This document shows, piece after piece, positions 28,014 through 37,529 of a DNA stretch of 64,000 nt. A program made the translations under genes and the position numbers. The DNA comes from Candidatus Omnitrophota bacterium. GTDB taxonomy: Bacteria; Omnitrophota; Gorgyraeia; Pluralincolimonadales; Pluralincolimonadaceae. The DNA is taken from the NCBI GenBank assembly GCA_003141835.1, contig PLNR01000004.1, positions 13,943 through 77,942 of the forward strand, in the 5' to 3' direction. The number at the start of each line of letters is the position of its first letter. The first letter of the stretch is position 1. A model generated the notes under the pieces. That model saw nothing but the letters and a program-made list of their open reading frames with translations. It was not told the origin of the DNA and ran no database searches.

Positions 28014-28170
28014 ACCTAACATATAATATACGAATTCGTAGTTTATTGGTTGTCGTACTGCCCTGTTATCATTATAAGGCCCAAATTGCTTATTGCAAGC
28101 TCAAATAAATTCGCAAATGACCTGTAATGGCATGAAATACGAATTCGTAATTTGCGGGTTTTTGTACTTT
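28014..28170. promoter_or_regulatory. putative attI-like / cassette promoter region with duplicated perfect palindrome TACGAATTCGTA (28029-28040 and 28138-28149)
   Basis: The ACCTAAC core (GTTAGGT on the minus strand) is complementary to the R'' box of the first cassette's attC. Two identical 12-bp palindromes lie 109 bp apart in an AT-rich spacer. Confidence 0.35.
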
Positions 28171-29609
28171 TAGAGCTTGGGCAGGCGGGTGGAACCCATG
28201 AGGTATTTGTCGATCGAATGCGCGGCGCGGCGGCCTTCGGAGATGGCCCAGACGATGAGAGACTGGCCCCTCCTCATATCGCCTGCCGCGAATACATCTT
28301 TCACCGAAGTAAGGTAATGCTCGTCGGTCTTGACGTTGCCGCGCGGGTCGAGCTCAACGCCGAGCTGGGAGATCAATCCTTTTTCCGGATGCATGAAGCC
28401 TAGCGCGAGGATGACCAGGTCCACCTCTATCTTGAATTCGCTTCCCGGGACGTCTTTAATAAGCATGCAGCCCTTATCATCGCGGCCTATCTCGACCTTT
28501 ACGCAGGAGAGTTTCTTGACTTGTCCTTTGGCACCCTCGAATTTCTTGGTCGAGACCGACCAATGGCGCTCGCCGCCCTCCTGGTGGCTGGAGGTCGTCT
28601 TCAGTAGCATCGGATATTTCGGCCAAGGGGAATCCTTTGTCCGGCATTCCGGAGGCTGGGGCAATAACTCTACCTGGACAATGCATGACGCGCCCTGCCT
28701 GTGCGCGGTGCCGACGCAGTCCGCGCCGGTGTCACCGCCGCCGATAACGACGACTTTCTTGCCCTTCGCGTCGATGAGCTTTCCGGAAGGTATCTTGGCG
28801 CCGGAGACCCTCTTATTCGACTGGATGAGGAAATCCATCGCGAAATGTATCCCGCCCAACTCGCGGTCCGGTATCTTCAGGTCGCGTGGAAAGCGGCTCC
28901 CGCCGGCAAGCACTATTACATCAAAGTCCTTCTTCAGTTTAGATAGTTTATAACCCGCCCCGACGTCCGTCGAAGTTTTAAATTCAATCCCCTCTTTCTT
29001 CCATATCTTTATGCGCCTGTCGAGGACGGATTTATCGAGCTTGAAATCGGGTATGCCGTAGCGCAGAATACCGCCTATCTTGTCGTCTCTTTCGAATACC
29101 GTGACTTCATGGCCGGCTTTATTCAATTGGTCCGCGCAGGCGAGCCCGGACGGGCCGGAACCGATTACCGCGACTTTCTTTCCGGTGCGTTTTTTCGGAG
29201 GGTTTGCCTTTATCCATCCCTGCTTGAAAGCATATTCTATAATATCGAGTTCATCTTCGCGTATCGTGACAGGGTCGTCGTTTATCCCGAGGACGCACGC
29301 GTATTCGCACAAGGCCGGGCAGATCCTTCCGGTTATCTCGGGCAGGTTATTCGTCGCGGACAGGACATCTATGGCCTTTTTCCATTGGCCGCGGAACATC
29401 AGGTCGTTCCATTCCGGGATATAATTCCCGATGGGGCAGCCCCAGTGGCAGAACGGCACTCCGCAGTCCATGCAGCGCGAGCTCTGGTCCTTCGACTTCT
29501 CCTCCGGGCGCAGGACAGCCACCTCCTTGTAATCCTTTACGCGCTCGCAAACCTCGCGGTAGGATGAGGCCTCCCGTTTTATCTTCATGAACCTCTTTGT
29601 ATCAACCAT
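28170..29609 (-). CDS. gltD: glutamate synthase (NADPH) small subunit
   Basis: N-terminal Cys clusters, an FAD/NAD(P) Rossmann motif (VAVIGSGPSGLACA) and a second GG-rich dinucleotide motif (VVVIGGGDTGADC) are present. Confidence 0.85.
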   Translation of the reverse strand: MVDTKRFMKIKREASSYREVCERVKDYKEVAVLRPEEKSKDQSSRCMDCGVPFCHWGCPIGNYIPEWNDLMFRGQWKKAIDVLSATNNLPEITGRICPALCEYACVLGINDDPVTIREDELDIIEYAFKQGWIKANPPKKRTGKKVAVIGSGPSGLACADQLNKAGHEVTVFERDDKIGGILRYGIPDFKLDKSVLDRRIKIWKKEGIEFKTSTDVGAGYKLSKLKKDFDVIVLAGGSRFPRDLKIPDRELGGIHFAMDFLIQSNKRVSGAKIPSGKLIDAKGKKVVVIGGGDTGADCVGTAHRQGASCIVQVELLPQPPECRTKDSPWPKYPMLLKTTSSHQEGGERHWSVSTKKFEGAKGQVKKLSCVKVEIGRDDKGCMLIKDVPGSEFKIEVDLVILALGFMHPEKGLISQLGVELDPRGNVKTDEHYLTSVKDVFAAGDMRRGQSLIVWAISEGRRAAHSIDKYLMGSTRLPKL

Positions 29610-32600
29610 CGCTTACCTCTTCGAAGAGCACGTCCTTCCTCATGAGCCTGCCTTCAAGGGCGCGCTTGTATTCGATCGGCATGACCTTTATGAAATGCCT
29701 TATCTCGTTGTCAAAATCGTCAAGCACGGCCTTAGCCTTGGCGCTATGCGTATACCTGATATGGTTGGAGAGGAGCTTCTGTATGGTCGCGGTATCCTCG
29801 CCGTCGAGGGCCTCGAACGCGACCATCCCCATATTGCACCTCGTCTTGAATTCCCTGTCCTCGTCGTAGACATACGCGATGCCCCCGGACATGCCTGCCG
29901 CGAAGTTGCGCCCGGTCTTGCCGAGGATGACGACGCGCCCGCCTGTCATGTATTCGCATCCGTGGTCGCCAACACCCTCGATGACCGCGTAGATCCCTGA
30001 GTTGCGTATGCAGAACCTCTCGCCGGCGACGCCGCAGATATAAGCCTCACCTGAAGTGGCGCCGTAGAAAGTGGTATTGCCTATGATGATGTTCTCAGGC
30101 GCCTCGAAAGCCGACGCCTTCGGAGGATAGACGATGATACGCCCTCCGGAAAGCCCCTTGCCGACGTAATCGTTGGCTTCGCCCTCTACCTCGAAGACGA
30201 CACCCCTGGCCAGGAACGCTCCGAAGCTCTGTCCGGCGGTCCCGGTGAATTTATAATGTACCGTATCGTCCGGAAGTCCCTTCTCCCCGTAACGGCGCGC
30301 TATCTCGCCGCTTAGCATAGCGCCTACAGCCCTGTCCGTATTCTTTATGGAAAAGTCGGCCTTGACGTGGTCCTTATTATCGAGCGCCGGCTTCGCGCTT
30401 TCGATAAGTTTAAGGTCCATTACTTTTTCGAGGCCGTGGTCCTGCTTTCTTTCGCAGCGCGTGCCAACGCGCGGAGATACCTGCGGCTTATATAATATCC
30501 TCGAAAGGTCGACATTCTTGGCCTTCCAGTTCAATATGGCCGTATTCAACTCAATAAGCTCGGTGCGGCCGATCAACTCGTCGAGCTTGCGCGCCCCGAG
30601 TTCAGCCATGATCCCGCGGACCTCTTCGGCGACGAAATAAAAATACCTCTGCAGATATTCGGGTTTGCCGGCGAACCTTTTTCCGAGATCCTCGTCCTGC
30701 GTGGCGACGCCGACCGAGCAATTGTTCAGCTGGCAGTGCCTGAGCATGACGCAGCCTAAATTGATGAGCGCGGCGGTCGCGAAGCCGTATTCTTCGGCGC
30801 CCAGCAGCGCCGCTATCACGACGTCACGCCCGGTCCTCATCTGGCCGTCTGTCTGCAGGCGCACGCGGCTCCTTAAGTCGTTTAAAACCAGGGTCTGGTG
30901 CGTCTCGGAAAGCCCGAGTTCCCACGGCAGGCCTGCGTGCTTTATCGAGCTCAAAGGTGACGCGCCGGTGCCTCCGTCGCCGCCGGATATGAGTATCATA
31001 TCCGCGTGGCCCTTGGCGACACCGGCCGCGATAGTGCCCACCCCCATTTCTGAAACAAGTTTGACGCTTATCCGCGCGCGAGGGTTCGCGTTCTTCAGGT
31101 CGAAGATAAGCTGCGCTAAGTCTTCTATGGAATAGATATCATGGTGCGGCGGAGGAGAAATGAGCGTGACGCCCGGCGTCGAATGGCGTACCTTCGCTAT
31201 TACCGGACTGACCTTATGGCCTGGCAGCTGCCCGCCCTCGCCGGGTTTCGCTCCCTGCGCGATCTTTATCTGCAATTCATCAGCGTTGGTCAGGTAATTT
31301 ATCGTGACGCCGAACCTGCCGGAGGCGACCTGCTTCGTCGCGGAACGGAGGCTGTCGCCGTTAGGCAGCGGCGCGTAACGCGCCGGGTCCTCGCCGCCTT
31401 CGCCGGAATTGGATTTTCCTCCGAGGCGGTTCATCGCTATGGCCATCGTCTCGTGCGCGCCCCTGCTTATCGAACCGAAGCTCATAGCGCCGGTCACGAA
31501 ACGTTTTACTATCTCAGATGCCGGCTCGACCTCGTCGAGCGGGACAGGTTTCGCGCCGGGTTTGAACTTCATCAGGCCGCGCAAAGTGCAGAGGTTCTTC
31601 TCCTGGTTATTTATAAGCCCTGCAAATTTTTTGTACAGGGCGGGGTCCTCGAAACGGGTGGCATCCTGGAGCGCGGCTATCGACTCGGGATTCCAGAGAT
31701 GGAACTCGCCGTCGCGCCGCCACTGGTAAAGCCCGCCGTTGGGAAGCTGCGCCGTGCCGCCTTCCTCTTCAGGGAATGCCTCGCCGTGCCTCTTTATGAC
31801 CTCCTGCGCTATCTCGTCTAGCCCTATCCCCTCAATGCGCGAGACTGTGCCGGTAAAACATTTTTCTATAAGTTTGCCACTCAGGCCGACGGCCTCGAAT
31901 ATCTGCGCGCCGCGGTAGCTCTGCAGCGTCGATATGCCCATCTTAGAGAGGATCTTCAGGAGCCCGTGGTTCAGCGCGTCGGTGTAGTTCTTGCGCGCGG
32001 AGCTGGCCGCGAGTTCCGGGTCCGGGAAAGCGATGACAAGCTCTTTCTCTTTTATCATCTTCTCTATCGTCTCATAGGCAAGGTAAGGATTGATGCAGTC
32101 GGCGCCGTATCCGAAAAGTAGCGCGAAATGCGCGACCTCGCGCGGCTCGCCGCTCTCGATGATTATACTCGCCTGCGTGCGCGTTTCGCCGCGGATAAGG
32201 TGATGGTGCACCGCACCGCAAGCAAGGAGCGCCGGGAGCGCGGAATATTTCCCATCGACGCCCCTGTCGCTTAATATTATGAAGGTGCAGCCGCTCTTTA
32301 CGGCCCTCTCCGCTTCGGCGCATATCATATCGAGCGCCTTGCCAAACGCCGCTTTCCCCTTCTTCGCCTCGAAGAGCGTCGGGATGGTCTTTGTCTTGAA
32401 TGTCTTGTTGCGGATATGGCGTATCCTCTCGAGGTCCATATTAGAGAGGATCGGATGCCTGACCTTAAGCCTGTGGCAATGGTCAGGGGTCTCGTCGAGC
32501 AGGTTCATCTCGCGGCCGAGATACGTATTAAGGGTCATGACGAGCTCTTCGCGTATCGGGTCGATGGGCGGGTTGGTGACTTGCGCGAACAGCTGCTTGA

Positions 32601-34161
32601 AATAATCATAAAGCATCCTGGGCCTTGTCGAAAGGACTGCGAGCGGGGTATCGTCGCCCATCGAACCGGTAGGTTCGTTGCCGTCGCCTGCCATGGGCTT
32701 GATTATACTGCGGAGGTCTTCCTTGGAATAACCGAACGCCTTAAGGACCGGGGCCAGGTCCTTCTCGTGCCAGACCTTGAAAGAACGCGGGAAAGGCACG
32801 TCCTCGAGCTTCTCCATATTCTCGTCGAGCCACCTGCCGTACGGCTTTAAGTTCGCTATCGAAGATTTAAGCTCCTCGTCGCCGATTATGCGTCCGGCGC
32901 TGGTATCTATAAGGAACATCCTGCCTGGCTGGAGCCTGCCGTTGACCGCGACCTCTTCGGGCGCAATATCGAGGACGCCGACCTCCGAGGCCATAACAAC
33001 GAGGCCGTTCTTCGTGATGACGTAACGCGCGGGCCTGAGGCCGTTGCGGTCGAGCGTGGCGCCGATAAATTTTCCGTCGGTAAAAGCTATGGCCGCCGGG
33101 CCGTCCCACGGCTCCATGAGGCAGGCGTGATATTCATAAAAGCGCTTCCTCTCTTCGCTGATCTGGTCGTTATCCTGCCATGCCTCGGGGATGAGCATCA
33201 TCATCGCGTGGGGAAGCGAGCGCCCTCCCAGGACGAGGAGTTCCAGCATATTATCCAGCGAAGCCGAGTCGCTTCCGCCGGGAACTATGACCGGGAAGAG
33301 TTTCTTTATATCCTTGCCTAATACGCCGCTCTCGAGCAGGCCCTGCCGCGCCTTCATCCAGTTGATGTTGCCGCGCAGGGTATTTATCTCGCCGTTATGC
33401 GCGAGGAAACGGAACGGCTGGGAGAGGTCCCAGGTCGGGAATGTGTTCGTGCTGTAGCGCGCGTGGAAAAGCGTAAATGAGCTCTCCATCGTCCGGTCTT
33501 TCAGGTCCGGGAAGAAATCCTTCAACTGCGTCGACATCAGGAGGCCCTTGTAACTCAACGTGCGGGACGACAGGCCGGAGATATAAAAGGACGCCTTCTG
33601 CTTTATTGTTGAGCCGCGGACGATGTTCTCGGCCCTCTTCCTTACGATATACAATTTCCTCTCGAAAGCGAGTTCTCCGGCAAGGCTGGCTGGGCGGCCG
33701 ATAAAAACCTGCTTTATGGCAGGCTGGGATTCCCTGGCGGTCTTGCCTATGGCCGAATCGTCGACCGGGACTTCGCGCCAGCCGAGGAATACAAGCCCTT
33801 CCTCTTCGGCGATCTTTTTTAAATTATCCTCGCAGGATCTCCTGTCTTTGTCTTCGGCAGGCAGGAATACGAGGCCGACGCCGTAGTCGCCGGATTTGGG
33901 CAAGCGGATGCCTGTCTTCGAGCATTCCTTCAAAAGGAATTCGTGCGGTACTTGTATCAGGATGCCGGCGCCGTCGCCCGTCTTCGGGTCTGAGCCGGTG
34001 GCGCCGCGGTGCATCAAATGCTCCAGCGCAAGGATCCCCTTGGTAACGATATCATGGGACTTGCTGCCCTTGATATCGCAGACGAACCCGACGCCGCAGC
34101 TGTCGTGCTCGAACCGCGGGTCGTATAATCCCTGTCTTTCCGGCAAGTACGTCTTTTTCAT
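29602..34161 (-). CDS. gltB: glutamate synthase large subunit
   Basis: A 1,519-aa protein with an N-terminal Ntn amidotransferase (CGVGF), an FMN/Fe-S central domain and C-terminal GXGXG repeats. Confidence 0.9.
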   Translation of the reverse strand: MKKTYLPERQGLYDPRFEHDSCGVGFVCDIKGSKSHDIVTKGILALEHLMHRGATGSDPKTGDGAGILIQVPHEFLLKECSKTGIRLPKSGDYGVGLVFLPAEDKDRRSCEDNLKKIAEEEGLVFLGWREVPVDDSAIGKTARESQPAIKQVFIGRPASLAGELAFERKLYIVRKRAENIVRGSTIKQKASFYISGLSSRTLSYKGLLMSTQLKDFFPDLKDRTMESSFTLFHARYSTNTFPTWDLSQPFRFLAHNGEINTLRGNINWMKARQGLLESGVLGKDIKKLFPVIVPGGSDSASLDNMLELLVLGGRSLPHAMMMLIPEAWQDNDQISEERKRFYEYHACLMEPWDGPAAIAFTDGKFIGATLDRNGLRPARYVITKNGLVVMASEVGVLDIAPEEVAVNGRLQPGRMFLIDTSAGRIIGDEELKSSIANLKPYGRWLDENMEKLEDVPFPRSFKVWHEKDLAPVLKAFGYSKEDLRSIIKPMAGDGNEPTGSMGDDTPLAVLSTRPRMLYDYFKQLFAQVTNPPIDPIREELVMTLNTYLGREMNLLDETPDHCHRLKVRHPILSNMDLERIRHIRNKTFKTKTIPTLFEAKKGKAAFGKALDMICAEAERAVKSGCTFIILSDRGVDGKYSALPALLACGAVHHHLIRGETRTQASIIIESGEPREVAHFALLFGYGADCINPYLAYETIEKMIKEKELVIAFPDPELAASSARKNYTDALNHGLLKILSKMGISTLQSYRGAQIFEAVGLSGKLIEKCFTGTVSRIEGIGLDEIAQEVIKRHGEAFPEEEGGTAQLPNGGLYQWRRDGEFHLWNPESIAALQDATRFEDPALYKKFAGLINNQEKNLCTLRGLMKFKPGAKPVPLDEVEPASEIVKRFVTGAMSFGSISRGAHETMAIAMNRLGGKSNSGEGGEDPARYAPLPNGDSLRSATKQVASGRFGVTINYLTNADELQIKIAQGAKPGEGGQLPGHKVSPVIAKVRHSTPGVTLISPPPHHDIYSIEDLAQLIFDLKNANPRARISVKLVSEMGVGTIAAGVAKGHADMILISGGDGGTGASPLSSIKHAGLPWELGLSETHQTLVLNDLRSRVRLQTDGQMRTGRDVVIAALLGAEEYGFATAALINLGCVMLRHCQLNNCSVGVATQDEDLGKRFAGKPEYLQRYFYFVAEEVRGIMAELGARKLDELIGRTELIELNTAILNWKAKNVDLSRILYKPQVSPRVGTRCERKQDHGLEKVMDLKLIESAKPALDNKDHVKADFSIKNTDRAVGAMLSGEIARRYGEKGLPDDTVHYKFTGTAGQSFGAFLARGVVFEVEGEANDYVGKGLSGGRIIVYPPKASAFEAPENIIIGNTTFYGATSGEAYICGVAGERFCIRNSGIYAVIEGVGDHGCEYMTGGRVVILGKTGRNFAAGMSGGIAYVYDEDREFKTRCNMGMVAFEALDGEDTATIQKLLSNHIRYTHSAKAKAVLDDFDNEIRHFIKVMPIEYKRALEGRLMRKDVLFEEVSDG

Positions 34162-34265
34162 GGTTTTTTATATAGAAAAAAGCGTCTCTCATTATATACC
34201 TGAAAGACGCCCTCGTCTCTACCTAATATATTTTAGGTGCCATTAATTATATCACAGCCCCTGCC

Positions 34266-37200
34266 CTAATCAATATATATTTTGATCTCTTCGATCTTTC
34301 TTTCCCTTATAAGGACCGAGTATGGCTCCGGGACGCTGCCGGTGAATTCCTTCACTGCGCCGCCTTCAAGCGTAAGCGCGTATTTTGCTTTTTTGCTGCC
34401 CCCGAATATGTCTTTCCTGCCCGGATTGATATAAGTCACCGGGATCTTTCCCAGGAAGATGAACTTCAGCGTGCCTTTCCCGGCGGTCTCTTTCCGCAAT
34501 TTTCCTTCGGGGGAATAATATTCCGCCTCGCGGTCTTTTTTGAGGAACATATCGCCCTTAAGCGCGGGGGAAAGGCTGAATACCAGCTTACCGTTTGCAT
34601 CGAGCGTGAACGGTTTCCCGCCGGTCATCATGATAAGCCACATATGGACGAACTCGGCGGTCGAGCCTGAGAGCCTCGCGTAGAACCCCTGCCCGTGGAC
34701 TTTCCTGTCAGGATGGACGCTGCTCGCGATGAAGGACGAGTTCTCGAAGATGCTCCTGCCGTAGACCTCGGGCTTCAGGAACGGGACAAGGACATTCTTC
34801 AGCCCCTTGTAATAATCACGGTATAGCCCGGCCTTCAATAATTCGAGCATATATTTATATTCCATGTGCAACCATATCGACTGGTTCTCGAGCCATCCGG
34901 GATTGAACGTCTTGATCCTTCCTATTTCATACGGCTCTTTTTCAAGCGATTCATTGGCCGAAAGCATCTTCAATTTTTTATCCACCAGGCCGCTCTTCAT
35001 GAGGTTGGAGTGCAGCTTCGCGGCGGCAGGCTTATCCTGTTCCGTCTTAAGCGCGTGGACTTGCGCCTCCAGGAACAACGGCAGCAGCTTCGAGTCGAAT
35101 CCCGTAACCCTGATGCAGGGCAGGCAGTTATGGTTTGCCTTCGTGAGCAGCTCGTATCCGGACGGAGTATTGATGAAATATCCGGAATAAAGGCCGGTCT
35201 TCTTGTCGAAACTTTTATCTATGGCAGCCTGCACCCTCTTGGCCGCGAGCGCGAGGTAACCTGATAATTCGTCCGCCGGGACCCGGACAAACCTGCCGGT
35301 TATCCCGTATTTCGTCTTTCTCCTGAAATCCTCTTTTATCGAGGTGAGCTTGTCCCATGCGCCGAAATCATCCAGCTTTCCGTCGAGATAGCCGCTTAAC
35401 ATGCTTTTTGAATCCCTGATCGCCCCGAAAACTTCCTCGGGGAGCTCGAGGGCATTTCCGGACAGGTTCTTCGAGACCATGCCTATCAGCCTCTTCAATT
35501 CAAAGGTCTCGTTCGAGGACGACCCGAAGAGCCCTGGCAGGCCGTTGAGCGCGTCGCACCAGTTCGGCTTATCAGACTCCATCTCGATGCCGCATCCGTC
35601 AGGCCCGATGGAATTTATCTTGTTGACCGCGATGACCAGGAGTTTCGTGATGAGATTTGTCTTATAGACATCACCTTTGCCGTTGGCCTTGCGGACGAGC
35701 GTCTTCTCCGACTTCCTGGAGGCGATCATCGTCCTCTTCCCTTCGTCAACCTTTACCGCGCCCAGCTGTACCGGCTTGCCGTCCCACAAGACGTATTTAT
35801 CTTCCCTCGGCAGCACGGTGTAGGGGTTGTCGTAGAACGTGAAATCCATGCGCCCGGAGAAGAGCTCTTCCCTCCTGTCCGGATAGACGGCAAGGAAACT
35901 GTCGATGAGGTCCATATTATAGAACCAGTGGTCGCTCCAGAAGCCTTCGCCATGCTGCGAATTCTGCTCGCCATCGGAACGCTCAAGTATCCTTGAGAGC
36001 GTCTCCTCATTGGATACGGAGGATTTTATCGAGTTGGAGCCTGCGAACTTGAAGATATCGCCTGGCGCAAAAGCATTTTTAAAAAATACTTCCATCCTAC
36101 GAGCAGCACCACTGCCAAAAAGGTTGACGAGAAGTTTTTTATCCCCCTTATATGTGAACGTTATCCCGCCCACGCCGTGCGGATTGAACCCGTCCATCTG
36201 CACCAGGTTCATGAAATTGGCTATATTGGCAATCCCGACGTCGGGATTGAAGAGCGTATCGTTGCGCCTGTTCTGGTTGACGTCCCTGTAACTGGAATCG
36301 CCCTGTGAATAGAAGGTCGGGGAGGTGTAGAACCGGTTATAATCCCTCTCCAGGTCCCCGTGTTTCCTGGAATAGACATAAAAGACCTTGCTCTTGTCCT
36401 TCGTTACCGTCAGCGGGAAACCTCCCCGCAATACATTATCGAGGAAATTTTGCGCGGAATACCTGTCAAACTTCTCGTCTTCGCTTATGACCAGCGAGGA
36501 TCCCATTATTGATTCGATGACGGCCTTGTTCTTCCTGAGTTGTATCTGGGCGAAATCGACGGTGAGGGCGCGTGCCACTTCTTTCGTTCCGGCCAGGGAA
36601 TCGAGGGTGCCGCAGACACTATATAGGGAGAGCGATGCCGAAGGTTTCAAGGTGACATCTTCATAGCACATGGCCGAAGAGAATTCCCCGCTCGCCAGTT
36701 CGCCTTTCATATCATAAACGAATTTCGACTTTACGTTAAAGAGCGAGGGAAGGATGAGGTCTTTCCTCATCCCGAATATCTGTGAAGCGTCGACGAGGGG
36801 GCGCCTTAATTCCGCCTTATTTCCCTCCACCCTGACGCAGGCGTAATAATGGCCCCTCTTTACCACGGCCACTTCCGGGCCGTCCGCATGGGTGGTCTTT
36901 ATATGGAAATAGGGTATCTTCTTTTCGAGGTTTTCCACAAAACCGAAGGACTTGGCGAGATATCTCATCTTCTTGAGGCCGGCATCGTCCATCCCGAAAG
37001 GGATAACCTGCGGCATGCCGTCGAGGAGTTCGATCTTGAGGGGTCGACGGGATATATTCTTTATTTCAACCTGCCTTATAAGGCCGGGGAACGGCTCCCG
37101 GACTACATTGCAATACCTGACCTCGACGCTTATGCCCAGCTTCTCGTGAACCTCCCTGAGGACCACGGAATAAGGGGTCACGGTCATCACCTGCGACGGG

Positions 37201-37529
37201 ATATACTTCTCTTCCTTCTCGTATATCCTGAACGGCTCATATAGAGTGAATCCGCCCTTGGCCATGACCTTGATGAAAGTCCTGAAACCCTGCGTCCCGA
37301 CAAGCTGGTAGGCGAAATTCGCGGGCAGGAATTCCATCATCGCGCGGTCCTTGCTCTCGATGCCGAGGCTGCAGACCGCCTGGTTCCTGTTCACGTAGAA
37401 GACCCACATCGGGATGCCGTCGACGCCGGCTATACCGGGCAGGAAACTCGAAAAGGGCTTGGAATAGTTGTAGTTCTCGATGACAAATTCGTTGTCACTG
37501 CCGATCTTGTAGGCAGCGGTTGTTTTCAC
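34266..37529 (-). CDS. GH94/GH36-superfamily glycoside phosphorylase-like protein (cellobiose/beta-glucan phosphorylase-like)
   Basis: A 1,087-aa protein. Its N-terminus (...PFSSFLPGIAGVDGIPMWVFYVNRNQ...) resembles GH94 N-terminal domains. The family call is from memory of the motif. Confidence 0.4.
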   Translation of the reverse strand: MKTTAAYKIGSDNEFVIENYNYSKPFSSFLPGIAGVDGIPMWVFYVNRNQAVCSLGIESKDRAMMEFLPANFAYQLVGTQGFRTFIKVMAKGGFTLYEPFRIYEKEEKYIPSQVMTVTPYSVVLREVHEKLGISVEVRYCNVVREPFPGLIRQVEIKNISRRPLKIELLDGMPQVIPFGMDDAGLKKMRYLAKSFGFVENLEKKIPYFHIKTTHADGPEVAVVKRGHYYACVRVEGNKAELRRPLVDASQIFGMRKDLILPSLFNVKSKFVYDMKGELASGEFSSAMCYEDVTLKPSASLSLYSVCGTLDSLAGTKEVARALTVDFAQIQLRKNKAVIESIMGSSLVISEDEKFDRYSAQNFLDNVLRGGFPLTVTKDKSKVFYVYSRKHGDLERDYNRFYTSPTFYSQGDSSYRDVNQNRRNDTLFNPDVGIANIANFMNLVQMDGFNPHGVGGITFTYKGDKKLLVNLFGSGAARRMEVFFKNAFAPGDIFKFAGSNSIKSSVSNEETLSRILERSDGEQNSQHGEGFWSDHWFYNMDLIDSFLAVYPDRREELFSGRMDFTFYDNPYTVLPREDKYVLWDGKPVQLGAVKVDEGKRTMIASRKSEKTLVRKANGKGDVYKTNLITKLLVIAVNKINSIGPDGCGIEMESDKPNWCDALNGLPGLFGSSSNETFELKRLIGMVSKNLSGNALELPEEVFGAIRDSKSMLSGYLDGKLDDFGAWDKLTSIKEDFRRKTKYGITGRFVRVPADELSGYLALAAKRVQAAIDKSFDKKTGLYSGYFINTPSGYELLTKANHNCLPCIRVTGFDSKLLPLFLEAQVHALKTEQDKPAAAKLHSNLMKSGLVDKKLKMLSANESLEKEPYEIGRIKTFNPGWLENQSIWLHMEYKYMLELLKAGLYRDYYKGLKNVLVPFLKPEVYGRSIFENSSFIASSVHPDRKVHGQGFYARLSGSTAEFVHMWLIMMTGGKPFTLDANGKLVFSLSPALKGDMFLKKDREAEYYSPEGKLRKETAGKGTLKFIFLGKIPVTYINPGRKDIFGGSKKAKYALTLEGGAVKEFTGSVPEPYSVLIRERKIEEIKIYID

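Larger units (their letters stand above)
25829..28020 (-). mobile_element. integron-type gene-cassette array (4 cassettes, attC-like sites, no intI in window; CALIN-like)
   Basis: This AT-rich island in a GC-rich genome holds four minus-strand ORFs. Each begins 6-24 nt after a GTTRRRY-type core and ends 2-9 nt before a 75-bp conserved imperfect inverted repeat that starts with RYYYAAC. Confidence 0.6.

Noticed and set aside
34162-34265. Possible hairpin (GCGTCT...AGACGC) between gltB and the GH94-like gene.
   Set aside because: The stem is only 6 bp with a 17-nt loop, too weak to call a terminator or regulatory element.
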